Numbered from the stretch's first letter, positions 40,347-50,973 are shown. The stretch is 64,000 bases of DNA from Candidatus Moraniibacteriota bacterium (GCA_038208115.1 JBBQZC010000002.1:55233-119232); one strand, 5' to 3'. Program-made: numbers and translations. Notes: generated by a model not told the origin, from the letters alone.

Positions 40347-40643
40347 CGTATTTAACCCTCCATTCCTCTGTTTTTTTATACGTCGACGATTATCGCCATA
40401 AAACGTTTTAAAAATACTAAAACTGCTCAAAAAAGCAGTTCCTCATCATAACATATATCTGTATTTATGCAATAATATATGTATACTGGAAGTTATTTGA
40501 TAGAAAAATAAGAACCTCTTAATAACTCTAAATAGTATTTCCCGTGACGAGATTTCTCACACGCAAGCAGTGTCCAAAAAGCAAAGCACATAAAAAATGA
40601 TATCACTGAAACCCCATATTTTCGCGAAGTCATTGCCTATGTC

Positions 40644-40892
40644 ATGAATTTCATACTGGATGAAATTAAAAAAACACAAAAAAATAGCATCACTCATAAG
40701 GAAGCTCTACACACAGCACTACGCATCGAACAATCTATGATTGAAAAAAGGTGCTTTGAAATGTTTAGCTCTCCAAGCAAAAGCGTTCACAATATTTTCC
40801 TCAAACTTAATAAGGAAACGGAATGTCACATAGAGACACTCCTTGCAGAAATGAAAAAAAATAAGTTCACCTTTAAAGACCCTAAAAAATAA
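40644..40892 (+). CDS. hypothetical small protein
   Basis: 82-aa ORF; helical, no motif recognised. Confidence 0.3.
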   Translation: MNFILDEIKKTQKNSITHKEALHTALRIEQSMIEKRCFEMFSSPSKSVHNIFLKLNKETECHIETLLAEMKKNKFTFKDPKK

Positions 40893-40894
40893 GA

Positions 40895-42223
40895 TCAATA
40901 TTCGAATGCGTGATCAGATGCAAACCGCGATTCGTCAAAGGTATAATCTTTGAAAGTTTTCCCAATCTCAATGGCATTTTTTCTTGCATTATCCAAACAT
41001 ACTGATGCTCCAGGTGACGGCGTAATATCAAAGATAATATCATCTCCAACAATCTTTGCTTCACCCATTTCCATTTTTTTCTCTTTGGTATTTACGACTT
41101 GCGGACGAACACCTCCTAGTCCGATGCCATATGTTAGTTCATCCAACGTGATCATTGGCACAATTTTTTTCACTTCTTTGAGAAACATTCTCTTACCAAT
41201 CCATGGCACATCGAATAACAAATTTTTCATGACATACCAAAAAATCGTTTTATCAGCAATGACCGCAAATAGACTAGCCACGCCGCTCACTGTAAAAACT
41301 GATGTTCTCAGAAAATCCACAAGTGTACGCCAATTATGACGCTCCAAAAGTGGCAAAACCTTTGCAGTTGGACCAAATCGCGTTTCCGTTGGATCGTTCA
41401 CATTCGGATCTCCGTGGACTGCGGCAAAAGGAAGTTTTTTTATTTGCATAGTATACACTTTTCCGTTCAACAATTCTTTCGCTCGATAGAAACTGCCTGC
41501 CACAGGGAGGATGCCTAGTTCTTTGCCGTACCCAAGAGATTTAGCGAAGATCAAACTATGTGGACCAGCAGCTACCACAATACCTTTTGCAGCAATTTCA
41601 CCCTCTGCAGTCGCGATCTTCCACACACTATCCTCACGAGAAATCTTCGTAGCGGTTCTATTTAAAAACACCATTATTTCCTTTTTTTGTTTTTTTGCTT
41701 CTTCTACAAATGAAATGGAGATTTTTTGATAATTCAATGCATATCCTTTATCACTAAGCAATGCCAACACTTTTTGATGTGGATCACGACCTTCCATAAC
41801 TTTCGGTTCGATCGTAGAAATATCTTCACGTGAAATTTTTCTGAGATTAGGATATGTGCTGTGAAATTCGTGATAACGATTTTCAAGATCTTGCGTCTCT
41901 CCATCCCCGACTGCAAGCACCATCTTATGAGAAAGAAAAACTGCATCTGGAATATTTTTTTCAGCATAACTCGCCAAAAGCGAAGAAGCTTTTTTTACTT
42001 GCACAGCTTTTTCTAAGGAATAATTTGTTTCGATATCTCCAAAGTGAAGCGTCTGACTATTATTGTTAAAATGTGAATTCACATGAGCTAATTCTCCATA
42101 CTTATCCAACAAAACCAATTTTTTGAGATTGGTATATTTGCTCAAAACATAGAGCAAAGATGTGCCAGTTACACCGCCACCTATAATGGCTACGTCATAT
42201 GTTTTTTTTGCCATTTCATTCAT
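40895..42223 (-). CDS. FAD-dependent oxidoreductase, malate:quinone oxidoreductase-like
   Basis: 442 aa; N-terminal Rossmann YDVAIIGGGVTGTSLLYVL; NNNSQTLHFGDIETNYS resembles the Mqo signature NNAGTGH...ELNYT. Confidence 0.55.
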   Translation of the reverse strand: MNEMAKKTYDVAIIGGGVTGTSLLYVLSKYTNLKKLVLLDKYGELAHVNSHFNNNSQTLHFGDIETNYSLEKAVQVKKASSLLASYAEKNIPDAVFLSHKMVLAVGDGETQDLENRYHEFHSTYPNLRKISREDISTIEPKVMEGRDPHQKVLALLSDKGYALNYQKISISFVEEAKKQKKEIMVFLNRTATKISREDSVWKIATAEGEIAAKGIVVAAGPHSLIFAKSLGYGKELGILPVAGSFYRAKELLNGKVYTMQIKKLPFAAVHGDPNVNDPTETRFGPTAKVLPLLERHNWRTLVDFLRTSVFTVSGVASLFAVIADKTIFWYVMKNLLFDVPWIGKRMFLKEVKKIVPMITLDELTYGIGLGGVRPQVVNTKEKKMEMGEAKIVGDDIIFDITPSPGASVCLDNARKNAIEIGKTFKDYTFDESRFASDHAFEY

Positions 42224-42756
42224 ATATGCATATTACTCCTCTACTTTCTTTTACGCGAATGAATTAAATGACTTTCAAAATTCACACTTCAAAATCTTGA
42301 CCCAAGAAATCTTCCATGTTATCATATTTTTTTTCAGAAATATAATCAACGACCACAGCAATCAATAGAATAGGAGAATCGTGCATTGAAAGGGCGAAAC
42401 AGATAAGTAAAAGACTACAAAGTGCATTCCACATGGGTATAAAGTTGAATATCCTTTCTCTTTGCATTTATCACAATGACGGTGCTGTGGGCATTGCGCT
42501 TTCTGGTAATTGCCAGATTTGCTCTCGACGCGATAAGATTTTTCTATTGGGTACAATTAGTGCATTTGCTCTCTGTGACATCTTACGCGTTGCATCTCGC
42601 ATCGACTCATCCAAATATGTCAAAACGCTTAGCCGCAGCAGAAGTACTTATAGTTCAATCCTCCAAAAAGAAAAAACCGTTGAAAAAATTAATTTCTCTA
42701 ACAGCTTCTTAATTTCATTAATTTTTTTACTGAAAAAAAATTATCTTCAAGAAATA

Positions 42757-43287
42757 TCATGGTTTGATTAATCTCAATTTTTTATTCAACAACAAAATCC
42801 CAACAAGCACAAAAGCTGTTAGTGCCATTGATGGAATGCTGATGTAATTGAAGACAGTGACAAATTTTGTGGTGCATGGCGCTGATATTGAACAGAAATT
42901 TGTAGACTGTACCGTGTAATATGTGAAGTTATGATAGAGAGAGATGAATATACCGACTGCGATGAGTGCCAGACTATATGTGATCACATGGTTTTCTTTT
43001 TTCCACAGAGCTGTACCAAGTAAGATTACTTGTGGATACATAAATATCCTTTGCAACCAGCAAAGTTCACATGGCTCAAATTTTGCGATCTCAGAATAAT
43101 AGAGACTGCCACTCGTCGCTACTACCGCCACAATGAATGCAAAGAATATTGCATTTTCCACAACGCACTGTGTTAATTTATTTTCAGTTTTTTTAAAAAG
43201 TAACCAATATACTATAAAGAGCAAAATTAAAATTTGTCCAAAAATAGTCAACAATCCGATCATAATATTTATATTATCAACTGCCAT
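42757..43287 (-). CDS. disulfide bond formation protein B (DsbB/BdbC family)
   Basis: 176 aa; 4 TM; EPCELCWLQRIFMYPQ (BdbC-like CxxC...WxQR...YP) and second Cys pair CSISAPC. Confidence 0.65.
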   Translation of the reverse strand: MAVDNINIMIGLLTIFGQILILLFIVYWLLFKKTENKLTQCVVENAIFFAFIVAVVATSGSLYYSEIAKFEPCELCWLQRIFMYPQVILLGTALWKKENHVITYSLALIAVGIFISLYHNFTYYTVQSTNFCSISAPCTTKFVTVFNYISIPSMALTAFVLVGILLLNKKLRLIKP

Positions 43288-43532
43288 ATAATTTTACGTT
43301 AACCAATTACGCCTTGATACTATCATAAAAATGATTCTTATTCTAACTCAGACTATACATCCATTCACTTTTTTCAATTTTTATACATTTTTTCTTCAGT
43401 AATATCTATCAATGCGAGGAATGGCGTAAAATGAAATAATGAAGCAAATTGGTTCAATACATAAAAGACAATATATAAATCAATAAATTACTTCGTCAAT
43501 TCGTTAGCAATACAGCTCCTCTCAAAGAGACA

Positions 43533-43568
43533 AATATAAAAAATGACTTAGTAAAGTCATTTTTTATG
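43533..43568. terminator. rho-independent terminator (bidirectional)
   Basis: Stem AAATGACTT/AAGTCATTT, loop AGTA, flanked by ATAAAAAA and TTTTTAT. Confidence 0.65.
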
Positions 43569-43584
43569 TTTTCCGCTGTAATGC

Positions 43585-44085
43585 TTATTTGATAGCGTCA
43601 GCGAACTTATCGAGAGACTGATTCCAGCCTTGTCGCATACCTTCGCTTTCCACTTCGCTCATATCACCACGATCTGGATAATACAAAGTGAGTTTTGTTT
43701 TATCTGTTTCATGATCTTCAAATGTGATTGTGAGCATCATCTCCATTGGCGTTTTCGCATCCATCCCATAATACGTTGCTGATACTTGGTTACCATTTTC
43801 ATCAGCAAAATAATCCGTGAGAATGATCCTTTCCATCGCTACGATTTCTTGAAATACGCCGCCACTCCAGTAATCTCGCTCAGGCATATCAGGTGCTACT
43901 TTTCCTCGCATGCAGTAAAGATATTTACCACCCTTACAAAAATCAATTGCAACTTCTGGTGCAGTAAAATCTTTTGGTCCCCACCATTTTTTCACAAATT
44001 CTGAATCAGTCCACACTCGCCATACTACATCTCTTGGTGCATCAAAAATTCGCTCGATACGTAATTCATTCTTATTTTTATCCAT
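43585..44085 (-). CDS. SRPBCC-family protein (Aha1/activator-of-Hsp90-ATPase-like domain)
   Basis: 166 aa; IERIFDAPRDVVWRVWTDSEFVKKWWGPKDFTAP typical AHSA1/SRPBCC N-terminus. Confidence 0.7.
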   Translation of the reverse strand: MDKNKNELRIERIFDAPRDVVWRVWTDSEFVKKWWGPKDFTAPEVAIDFCKGGKYLYCMRGKVAPDMPERDYWSGGVFQEIVAMERIILTDYFADENGNQVSATYYGMDAKTPMEMMLTITFEDHETDKTKLTLYYPDRGDMSEVESEGMRQGWNQSLDKFADAIK

Positions 44086-44110
44086 ATTTATGAGTTAATA
44101 ATCATCTCAC

Positions 44111-44485
44111 TCACATATTTTTCATACTTTCTGGTACTTGAAGCATGCCAAACTGAGTACCCTCTATATCTTTTGCTTGGACAATCAATCCGACATTTGG
44201 AATATTCATGACCTCACCGAGAATTTCTCCACCCGCTTTCTTTACTTTTTTCATCGCCTCTTTTACGTCCTCCACTGAAATTGTGTTTATCGTTTTATCA
44301 TTGGCGCCTCTCTTATAGATAGCACCACTGATGCCATATTTTTCCTCTTTTGGGCCAGCCATGACGAGCCAATAATCTGAAACACCTTCATATTGTGAAA
44401 TCTCCCAGTCAAACACTTCTTTATAGAAATTGCCGACTTTTTCCGGATCTGTTGCCGGAATTTCGAAGTGAATAATCTTTGCCAT
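44111..44485 (-). CDS. VOC-family (glyoxalase/bleomycin-resistance fold) protein
   Basis: 124 aa; MAKIIHFEIPATDPEKVGNFYKEVFDWEI... Confidence 0.7.
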   Translation of the reverse strand: MAKIIHFEIPATDPEKVGNFYKEVFDWEISQYEGVSDYWLVMAGPKEEKYGISGAIYKRGANDKTINTISVEDVKEAMKKVKKAGGEILGEVMNIPNVGLIVQAKDIEGTQFGMLQVPESMKNM

Positions 44486-45134
44486 ATATTTAATTATTAA
44501 TAATTAATTGATATTACTACTTGTTTGTATAATACAAAAAACGGACACTATTTGTTTCATATTAATAAAGTCGATTTTACGTCACTCATCATCACATTTA
44601 GAGTTTTGCAAAGATAAATCATCTCTAAACAATCTCGTTCTAAAAATCGTAATAATTGCAAAATTCTCTTTTAACCGAAAAAATATCTGTCAAAAACTCA
44701 CACTGTTCCTTTTTTTGTTCTCCTTTTTATCGACATGGAAGAATAAGGTGAACTAACTGAAAAAAAATACTGCTACAGCAGTTGTGATCTAATCAATAAC
44801 AGTTTCATTTAAATAAAAAAGTGCTTTGGTATAAGTAATCATAATAACACAAATGACAAACAAATTTAAAATTTATTCAAAATATGTGGCGCATTACTAT
44901 TTATAATGTTTTTCTGTTAAAATCAATGTTCTAATTGCTACGCACCTAAAAGAAAAATATTATACAAAAATATTTTTAACATACATATAAACAAATACCA
45001 CATAATACTGTTTACACATTTATTAGTAAAATTATCATTTTTAATGAATTACAAATTTGTATTTGAAATAATTTGCCCTCACAAACGTATTATATTATAT
45101 AATCACGGAGTAATTATTTAATTAATTTAAATAT

Positions 45135-45623
45135 ATGAAAAAAATATTATGGATTTTACCACTAACCGCTCTATTTCTGTATGGATGCGGACAAGTTGCA
45201 GGCAATAATTCAACGACAAATCCTACTACTGGTAAAACAAGCCAAAAAAATTCAAATACTCCAACTACTATTGTCGACACACCAACCCCATCAAATTCCA
45301 CTGTAAAGTTTGCAGAGCAATCATACTTTAAGAATGCTTATTTGATTTCTACTGACACTTTAAGCACTGAAGCAAAAACAGCACTTGCAGGATTTAAAAT
45401 GGATAAACAAACATTACCAGATGGCACAATACAAATCAATTTAAAAGCTCTAGAGCCTCAATATCATGATCAATCATATACACTCAAAGATGGCGAACAA
45501 CTCTATTTCATAGATAAATTTTTGGCAGACGATTCTAGTGGCACAGAATCAAATATTGGTGATGACACAGCTGTCATTGTTGATAGTCAAGGTAATGTCG
45601 TTCAACAACCTACTGGTTTCTAA
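45135..45623 (+). CDS. hypothetical lipoprotein
   Basis: 162 aa; LTALFLYGCGQ lipobox; Thr/Pro/Asn-rich linker. Confidence 0.5.
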   Translation: MKKILWILPLTALFLYGCGQVAGNNSTTNPTTGKTSQKNSNTPTTIVDTPTPSNSTVKFAEQSYFKNAYLISTDTLSTEAKTALAGFKMDKQTLPDGTIQINLKALEPQYHDQSYTLKDGEQLYFIDKFLADDSSGTESNIGDDTAVIVDSQGNVVQQPTGF

Positions 45624-45660
45624 AAAAAAGAAAAACACCCTCACAGGTGTTTTTCTTATC
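45624..45660. terminator. bidirectional rho-independent terminator
   Basis: GAAAAACACC-CTCACA-GGTGTTTTTC: stem with flanking A- and T-runs. Confidence 0.75.
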
Positions 45661-45679
45661 ACATTCTGTAAAATTCAAA

Positions 45680-46057
45680 TTACCTTATATAATCCTCCGT
45701 ATGTGAGGTGATATCAAAATAAAGATACCCAACACCAGTTAGTATAACAAGATCACGCAATGCAACCGTATTCCATCCCAGATTCATGATTATGCCCCCA
45801 AGCAGAACTGCGGCAAGTGGTAATGCAATATGGGTGTATTTATCTAAAATAAGCAAAAAGGCAATTGTCACTTGCAAAGCTCCCAATATTAGCATGAAGA
45901 CACTTACTGGAATAATAAATTCTATCAATGTAATGATACTTGGGGAGATCCATGTGCCAGCCTCTGTAATAGGATCCATCAAAGCCAAAATACCAAAATA
46001 TCCAAACAGGCCACCTATAGATGACTGAAAAATACGCCGTGAGATTTTCTCTTTCAT
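45680..46057 (-). CDS. hypothetical membrane protein (DoxX-like?)
   Basis: 125 aa, 4 TM. Confidence 0.4.
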   Translation of the reverse strand: MKEKISRRIFQSSIGGLFGYFGILALMDPITEAGTWISPSIITLIEFIIPVSVFMLILGALQVTIAFLLILDKYTHIALPLAAVLLGGIIMNLGWNTVALRDLVILTGVGYLYFDITSHTEDYIR

Positions 46058-46227
46058 ATTTTAACTTTTGAACAACGAATACCACCAGTATCATTATACG
46101 ATATTTTATCGACTAAGCATATGTCTCAATTACTTTTATAACACTATACTCAAAAATCAATCTTAATCTTTATTTTTTTCTGTATTTGCTGTATCCACAT
46201 GATATAAATGATGGCTCACATTTTAGT

Positions 46228-46704
46228 CTACATAAACTCGTTTCCTTTTTTACCTTGAACGAAAGGCTTTTCCAAAACGATACCATGACGCATGAATATA
46301 GATGGCGCCCTTCCAGCGATTGCAATTCTTTTTACTGAGTAATGATGTGCAATTTTTTTCATCTTCTCTTCTAGAAGTCGACATTCGTTTTCTGATCCCA
46401 CCATACTACGTACAGTGGATGGTGCTCCAATCAAAAATCCCCTTCCAGCCTTTTCGCCTCGTGGAGCAGTGATGATTCCTCCAAAGAAAATTTGTGTGCG
46501 ACACCATGCTGTGTTTGCAAGAAAGTGTGGCAAGTAACCACCTATATCACTTTCCTTACCGGGATAAACGAAAAAAATATAATCAAAGAAACGTGGTAAT
46601 AATCGCATAAGATATGGAAATGGTCCTCGCAAAACAATAACTCCTAAAAAAAGAAGTATACCAACACGAATTCTTCCTTGTATTTTTCCTCTCGCTTTTT
46701 TCAC
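46228..46704 (-). CDS. hypothetical protein with N-terminal TM
   Basis: 158-aa ORF; no motif recognised. Confidence 0.35.
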   Translation of the reverse strand: MKKARGKIQGRIRVGILLFLGVIVLRGPFPYLMRLLPRFFDYIFFVYPGKESDIGGYLPHFLANTAWCRTQIFFGGIITAPRGEKAGRGFLIGAPSTVRSMVGSENECRLLEEKMKKIAHHYSVKRIAIAGRAPSIFMRHGIVLEKPFVQGKKGNEFM

Positions 46705-47015
46705 AAGTTCACCCTCTCTTTTTGTTGGTTATTTAATCAAAGAACAATTTGAACCTCGTTTTAAAGTATACTATATTTTATAAAATGGAGAAATAAATGC
46801 ATATAATTTTCATCTGCATATAAAATCCCAAAGAAGTTGTCGTTTCTCGAACTTGAATTTTTTATAAGCTCAATAATCATTTTATTTAGATATAAAAAAT
46901 TGCCCTTCAATAAGGACAATTTTATTAGTTCCGTGAACTGGATGTCAATAGAATTTGCATAATGATACCACAAACAAAGCGAGGCTAGAAAAATGCCCCG
47001 CTACACATCAAACTA

Positions 47016-48374
47016 TTAGTTTGAAGTAGTACTATCCTTTCCATAAGCATCCTTAAAATTCTTTTTGTTTTGTGCATCCAATTCTTCAAACTGGGTCTTA
47101 AGACTTTTATATCTTTCATCATATTTGTTCATTATATACGCCCTACACTCACTTGAAGCTTTATTTATATCCGTAATCATGTTGACCCACTCTGCACCCA
47201 ATAATGCCTGACAATTAATCAGCACGCTGGAATTAGCCTGCACCTGAGCCACAACTTTTCCCTTTCTTAAGCATTTTGCTGTTACATCGCCAAGTGCTGC
47301 ACTCAACTCGCTAGCATTACGCGCTGAAAAATATGTACCATTACCACTCACAGCTGTGCTCTTGAGCTGAGATTCAGCCTTCCCCCCTACATCAAAACCG
47401 ACAACATTAACCACGACGTTTATATCCGACGTATTCAACTCTTTTGCCTTGGCGACCGGATCACCATTGCAAGTTTCTTCTCCATCACTAATAAGCAGAA
47501 CTGAATTATTGTACTGCGCCGTTGGATATTTGGATAAAATATCTTTTGCTTTTTGCAAAGCGCCTTCAATCGGCGTCCAGCCAGTCGCTTTCATAGCTCC
47601 AATCTTATCATTAATAATGTTTAAGTTAGGCGCACCTAACCAATATATTTCCTCTATACCAGAACATGAAACTGCTTTACTACTAACATTGTTACTCCCC
47701 TTATGACCATAGGCTACGATTGAAATGTTAATATCTTCTTTCAAATCTTTGACAAAGTTCTCAGCTGCTTCCTTAGCCACATCAAGTTTCGTCCTGCCAC
47801 CCATGTTGGCTGCCATACTTCCAGAAGAATCGAGAATCATCACCACGTTCTTCGGCAGATTAGCTTTTGTTGGTTGTTCACATTCCATACCCCCTATTCC
47901 TGCAAAGCATCCTTTCCCATAAGTTCTCCCGTTTTTCTCGATTAGAACATTGTATTCATTATCACATTTGATATTATCCATAACCTGGTCTGATGTTACA
48001 GGAACGATACCACTTTCATTTCCATCATTACTCGAGCCAATGTCCGGACTGCCACTTTGATCACCTAATGAACCAGCTATATTTTCTATAAACGAAACAC
48101 TAGTATCGTTTGGCACTTTATGAGAAATGCTCCGGAAAAGCATAAAAACTCCCAAGATGATGAACACTAGTATTAGCACAAAAATAGTAGCTATGATAGT
48201 ACAAGATTTTCCTGCAGTTTTTGATTGGATTGGTGCCACATTAAAAATGGGCGGTGAAGTCGGAGGTTGATTCAAACTCTTAGTTGGTTCCGATGGAGTG
48301 GCGGGATTTGGCACTGGGATTGGTATCTGCATCGGAGCCCCTGACATCGGCGGCGTATCTTTTTGTGTTTCCAT
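47016..48374 (-). CDS. membrane-anchored VWA domain protein, paralog 3, with a Pro-rich cytoplasmic N-terminus
   Basis: 452 aa; PMQIPIPVPNPATPSEP...TM...VVMILDSSGSMAANMGGRTKLDVAKEA...TGWTPIEGAL...LLISDGEETC. Confidence 0.8.
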   Translation of the reverse strand: METQKDTPPMSGAPMQIPIPVPNPATPSEPTKSLNQPPTSPPIFNVAPIQSKTAGKSCTIIATIFVLILVFIILGVFMLFRSISHKVPNDTSVSFIENIAGSLGDQSGSPDIGSSNDGNESGIVPVTSDQVMDNIKCDNEYNVLIEKNGRTYGKGCFAGIGGMECEQPTKANLPKNVVMILDSSGSMAANMGGRTKLDVAKEAAENFVKDLKEDINISIVAYGHKGSNNVSSKAVSCSGIEEIYWLGAPNLNIINDKIGAMKATGWTPIEGALQKAKDILSKYPTAQYNNSVLLISDGEETCNGDPVAKAKELNTSDINVVVNVVGFDVGGKAESQLKSTAVSGNGTYFSARNASELSAALGDVTAKCLRKGKVVAQVQANSSVLINCQALLGAEWVNMITDINKASSECRAYIMNKYDERYKSLKTQFEELDAQNKKNFKDAYGKDSTTSN

Positions 48375-48669
48375 TTTTATTTTAAATATAAAAAATTATA
48401 AATAACTAATTGATTATTATTTTGTCTCAGACATATTTATGATAACAAAAAAAAATTCTTCTTCACAATTAAAGTCCCCTGCTGAGAATAACAGATCCAC
48501 CGAATATCTATTCTGTATTTTTTAAAACTATAAGTCCCTATTTTTATTTATCCACTTAATCATGCATCAATATTTCCAGTCAGGATTTTGACACACACCT
48601 AGCTTCGCTTAATTGCTACTTATTTATTAGAGTATTATTTACTCTGTCTAAAAAACTGTACTATAATAA

Positions 48670-48945
48670 TTATTCTTTGTTTTCTACTTCCTTTAATTCC
48701 ATTTTTAACATATCAATCCAAATATCTGAATAATCACCTTTTATAGAAAAGTCGATCGCTTCTTGGAGACACACAGTTGCTTTTTTATTATCACCCCGTT
48801 TAATATATTCATTGGCAATCTTATTCATTTGCACATCTTTTCCCTTTACATCATTATATATTGATGCATCTATATTTTTCAATCCGCTAAAACACGCACT
48901 CTTATCATCACCCGGCCAAATATTTGTATCTTCATTTTTTTGCAC
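48670..48945 (-). CDS. hypothetical small helical protein
   Basis: 91-aa ORF (GTG start); same frame as the upstream membrane ORF, separated only by TGA. Confidence 0.3.
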   Translation of the reverse strand: MQKNEDTNIWPGDDKSACFSGLKNIDASIYNDVKGKDVQMNKIANEYIKRGDNKKATVCLQEAIDFSIKGDYSDIWIDMLKMELKEVENKE

Positions 48946-48996
48946 TTTTTCTACGATTTGCGCTGCTTCCTTTTTTCTATCCTTGAAATATTTATC

Positions 48997-49389
48997 TCAA
49001 GGATAGAACGAGCTCACCATATAATAACTGCTCAATGCCATAACTAAGATAAGCGGTATTATTGCATAGTCATATCTTTCTTTCTGATAGAAAAATATCG
49101 ATAGAGCTATCGGACCGAGAAATATCAGAACCCACATTGCACAAAAAATTACAGGTCCCATAAAATCTCCACTATTTCCTGACATCACAAACAAGAGAAG
49201 TGCCATTGGAGCTGAACAAATAGCTATAATTATCCAAATAACCAGCAACGTAATTGCGATGACTTTTGAAAGTTTTTTCTTTTTTAGATTTGTCTCATTT
49301 AAAATCGCTTGAGGTGATTGCTTGAATTGAATATTCTGATTTTCCAAACCAGAACCATTTGGTTGTAAATCACCATAAACCACCCGCAC
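48997..49389 (-). CDS. hypothetical membrane protein
   Basis: 130-aa ORF (GTG start) with 3 hydrophobic helices; upstream in-frame region interrupted by TAA. Confidence 0.35.
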   Translation of the reverse strand: MRVVYGDLQPNGSGLENQNIQFKQSPQAILNETNLKKKKLSKVIAITLLVIWIIIAICSAPMALLLFVMSGNSGDFMGPVIFCAMWVLIFLGPIALSIFFYQKERYDYAIIPLILVMALSSYYMVSSFYP

Positions 49390-49695
49390 TGCCTCCTGGA
49401 TATCAACTTCCGCATATCCGGAATTTCTCAGTTGCTGAATGAGAGACTTCTGAGAATAATTACTCCCATATTATTGCAAATAATCTACAATTTTTTGGAG
49501 CATACTTTTCAAACTATTATTATTTAATGGGTAGTCGGCATTGCTGGAAATGAATCTAGCAGATCACTTTGTATAGGCACTTGCAATGGTTGCGGAATGC
49601 TTGGTGACACAGGCACTGATGAATAATTCGGCAAAAGATGTTGGGTTGTTTTCATATTATATACAAACATTTTTTTTCACTGTAGCTACACAAGA

Positions 49696-50790
49696 TTAAT
49701 CGCAATAACCCTTATACTTATAATTCTTGAAAGTCTTTTTGGTTTTTTTCTTAAATTTTCCAAAATTTTTATCTTTTTTTTGTTTCTCGCGTTTTGTCAT
49801 ACCAAAATGATGCGCTTCCTTTTTAAGAGTAATATAATTTTTATATTCATTTTCATCCAAATCACCAGACTGCATATCTCCCAAAACTCCACATCCAGGT
49901 TCATGCACATGAGTACAATTGGTAAATTTACATTTCAGTGCTGAAAATGAAATCGCATTAAATTGGTCATCAATTCCTACACTCAAATCCGTTAACCCCA
50001 CTTCACGCATACCAGGATTATCAACCACTATACTACCATTATCCAAAAAATACATTTCTCTTTGCGTGGTAGTATGTGTACCTCTATCTGATTGTATGCC
50101 AATATTGCCAATCGTGATACGATCTTTCCCGAGTAATTTGTTGATCAAAGAAGATTTACCGACTCCAGACGAGCCGATAAAACAATACGTCTTCCCTCTT
50201 ATGGATGAGTCATATAAATTTTTCAAACCTTCGCTAGTCACTGTGCTAGTAAAAATAATATCAACATTGGACAGTCGTTTCTTTAATTCTGTCATCCGTT
50301 CTTTTTTCTCTTGATCAGAGATTAAATCTATTTTATTGAGTATTATGATAGGTTTTATGCCACTTTCTCTTACTAGCACACAATATCTCTCATATCGATT
50401 TAAATTGTAATCACGATCAATTGATTCAACAATAAATGCCACATCAATGTTTGTTGCTATAAGTTGCTCCCCATCTTTACCACTATATTTCCTTTTCAAA
50501 ATTGTTTTCCGCGCCATAATTTCATGGATCACTGCTCTATTCCCATCAACCTTATCAAGAACAACCCAATCGCCGACAGCTGGATAATCTTCCCGCATAG
50601 ACGAATTAAAAGATTTTTTACCTGTTATTGTTGCTAAATATTCACCTGAGACTGTCTTTACTTTATACACCCCTTTATATTCAGCAATGACTCTTGCGAC
50701 ACAATAATCCCTCAACCCAAGTGCAAAACGACTTTTTTCAAAAAAATCATCATAACCCAGATCTTCAATTCTTTCTATATGTAAACTCAT
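49696..50790 (-). CDS. rsgA: ribosome small-subunit-dependent GTPase A (RsgA/YjeQ) with a Lys-rich C-terminal tail
   Basis: OB-fold N-terminus; circularly permuted GTPase with LNKIDL (G4) before GSSGVGKSSLINKL (G1); DRGTHTT; C-terminal CxxxxCxHxxxxxC zinc knuckle; about 50-aa K-rich extension. Confidence 0.85.
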   Translation of the reverse strand: MSLHIERIEDLGYDDFFEKSRFALGLRDYCVARVIAEYKGVYKVKTVSGEYLATITGKKSFNSSMREDYPAVGDWVVLDKVDGNRAVIHEIMARKTILKRKYSGKDGEQLIATNIDVAFIVESIDRDYNLNRYERYCVLVRESGIKPIIILNKIDLISDQEKKERMTELKKRLSNVDIIFTSTVTSEGLKNLYDSSIRGKTYCFIGSSGVGKSSLINKLLGKDRITIGNIGIQSDRGTHTTTQREMYFLDNGSIVVDNPGMREVGLTDLSVGIDDQFNAISFSALKCKFTNCTHVHEPGCGVLGDMQSGDLDENEYKNYITLKKEAHHFGMTKREKQKKDKNFGKFKKKTKKTFKNYKYKGYCD

Positions 50791-50973
50791 ATTTGCCTTT
50801 TACTGCATACATCCATTATGCATGTTTATACAATTTATGTAATACCTGACTCGGATTTATCGCTCAATGACATAAATGTCATGTCATTAACGTTATAATT
50901 TAATTTTTAAAAAAAGGCGAACTAGAATTTTAACAAGTTAAGTCCAAATTTTTTTAATAATTTTATTTAAAAT

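Noticed and set aside
42640-42660. tRNA/tmRNA T-arm-like GTTCAATCC and tag-like GCCGCAGCA in the 42224-42756 gap
   Set aside because: Flanking bases do not form a T-stem or acceptor stem. No in-frame stop after the Ala codons.
48540-48560. Single DnaA-box-like TTATCCACT (and TGTATCCACA at about 46197) as a replication origin
   Set aside because: Isolated single boxes and no dnaA or dnaN nearby.
48997-48999. In-frame TGA between ORFs 48997-49389 and 48670-48945 (and an in-frame TAA upstream) as a hint of stop-codon reassignment (code 25/4)
   Set aside because: ORFs of 1488, 1141, 784 and 696 aa are uninterrupted under the standard code. Same-frame adjacency occurs by chance one time in three.
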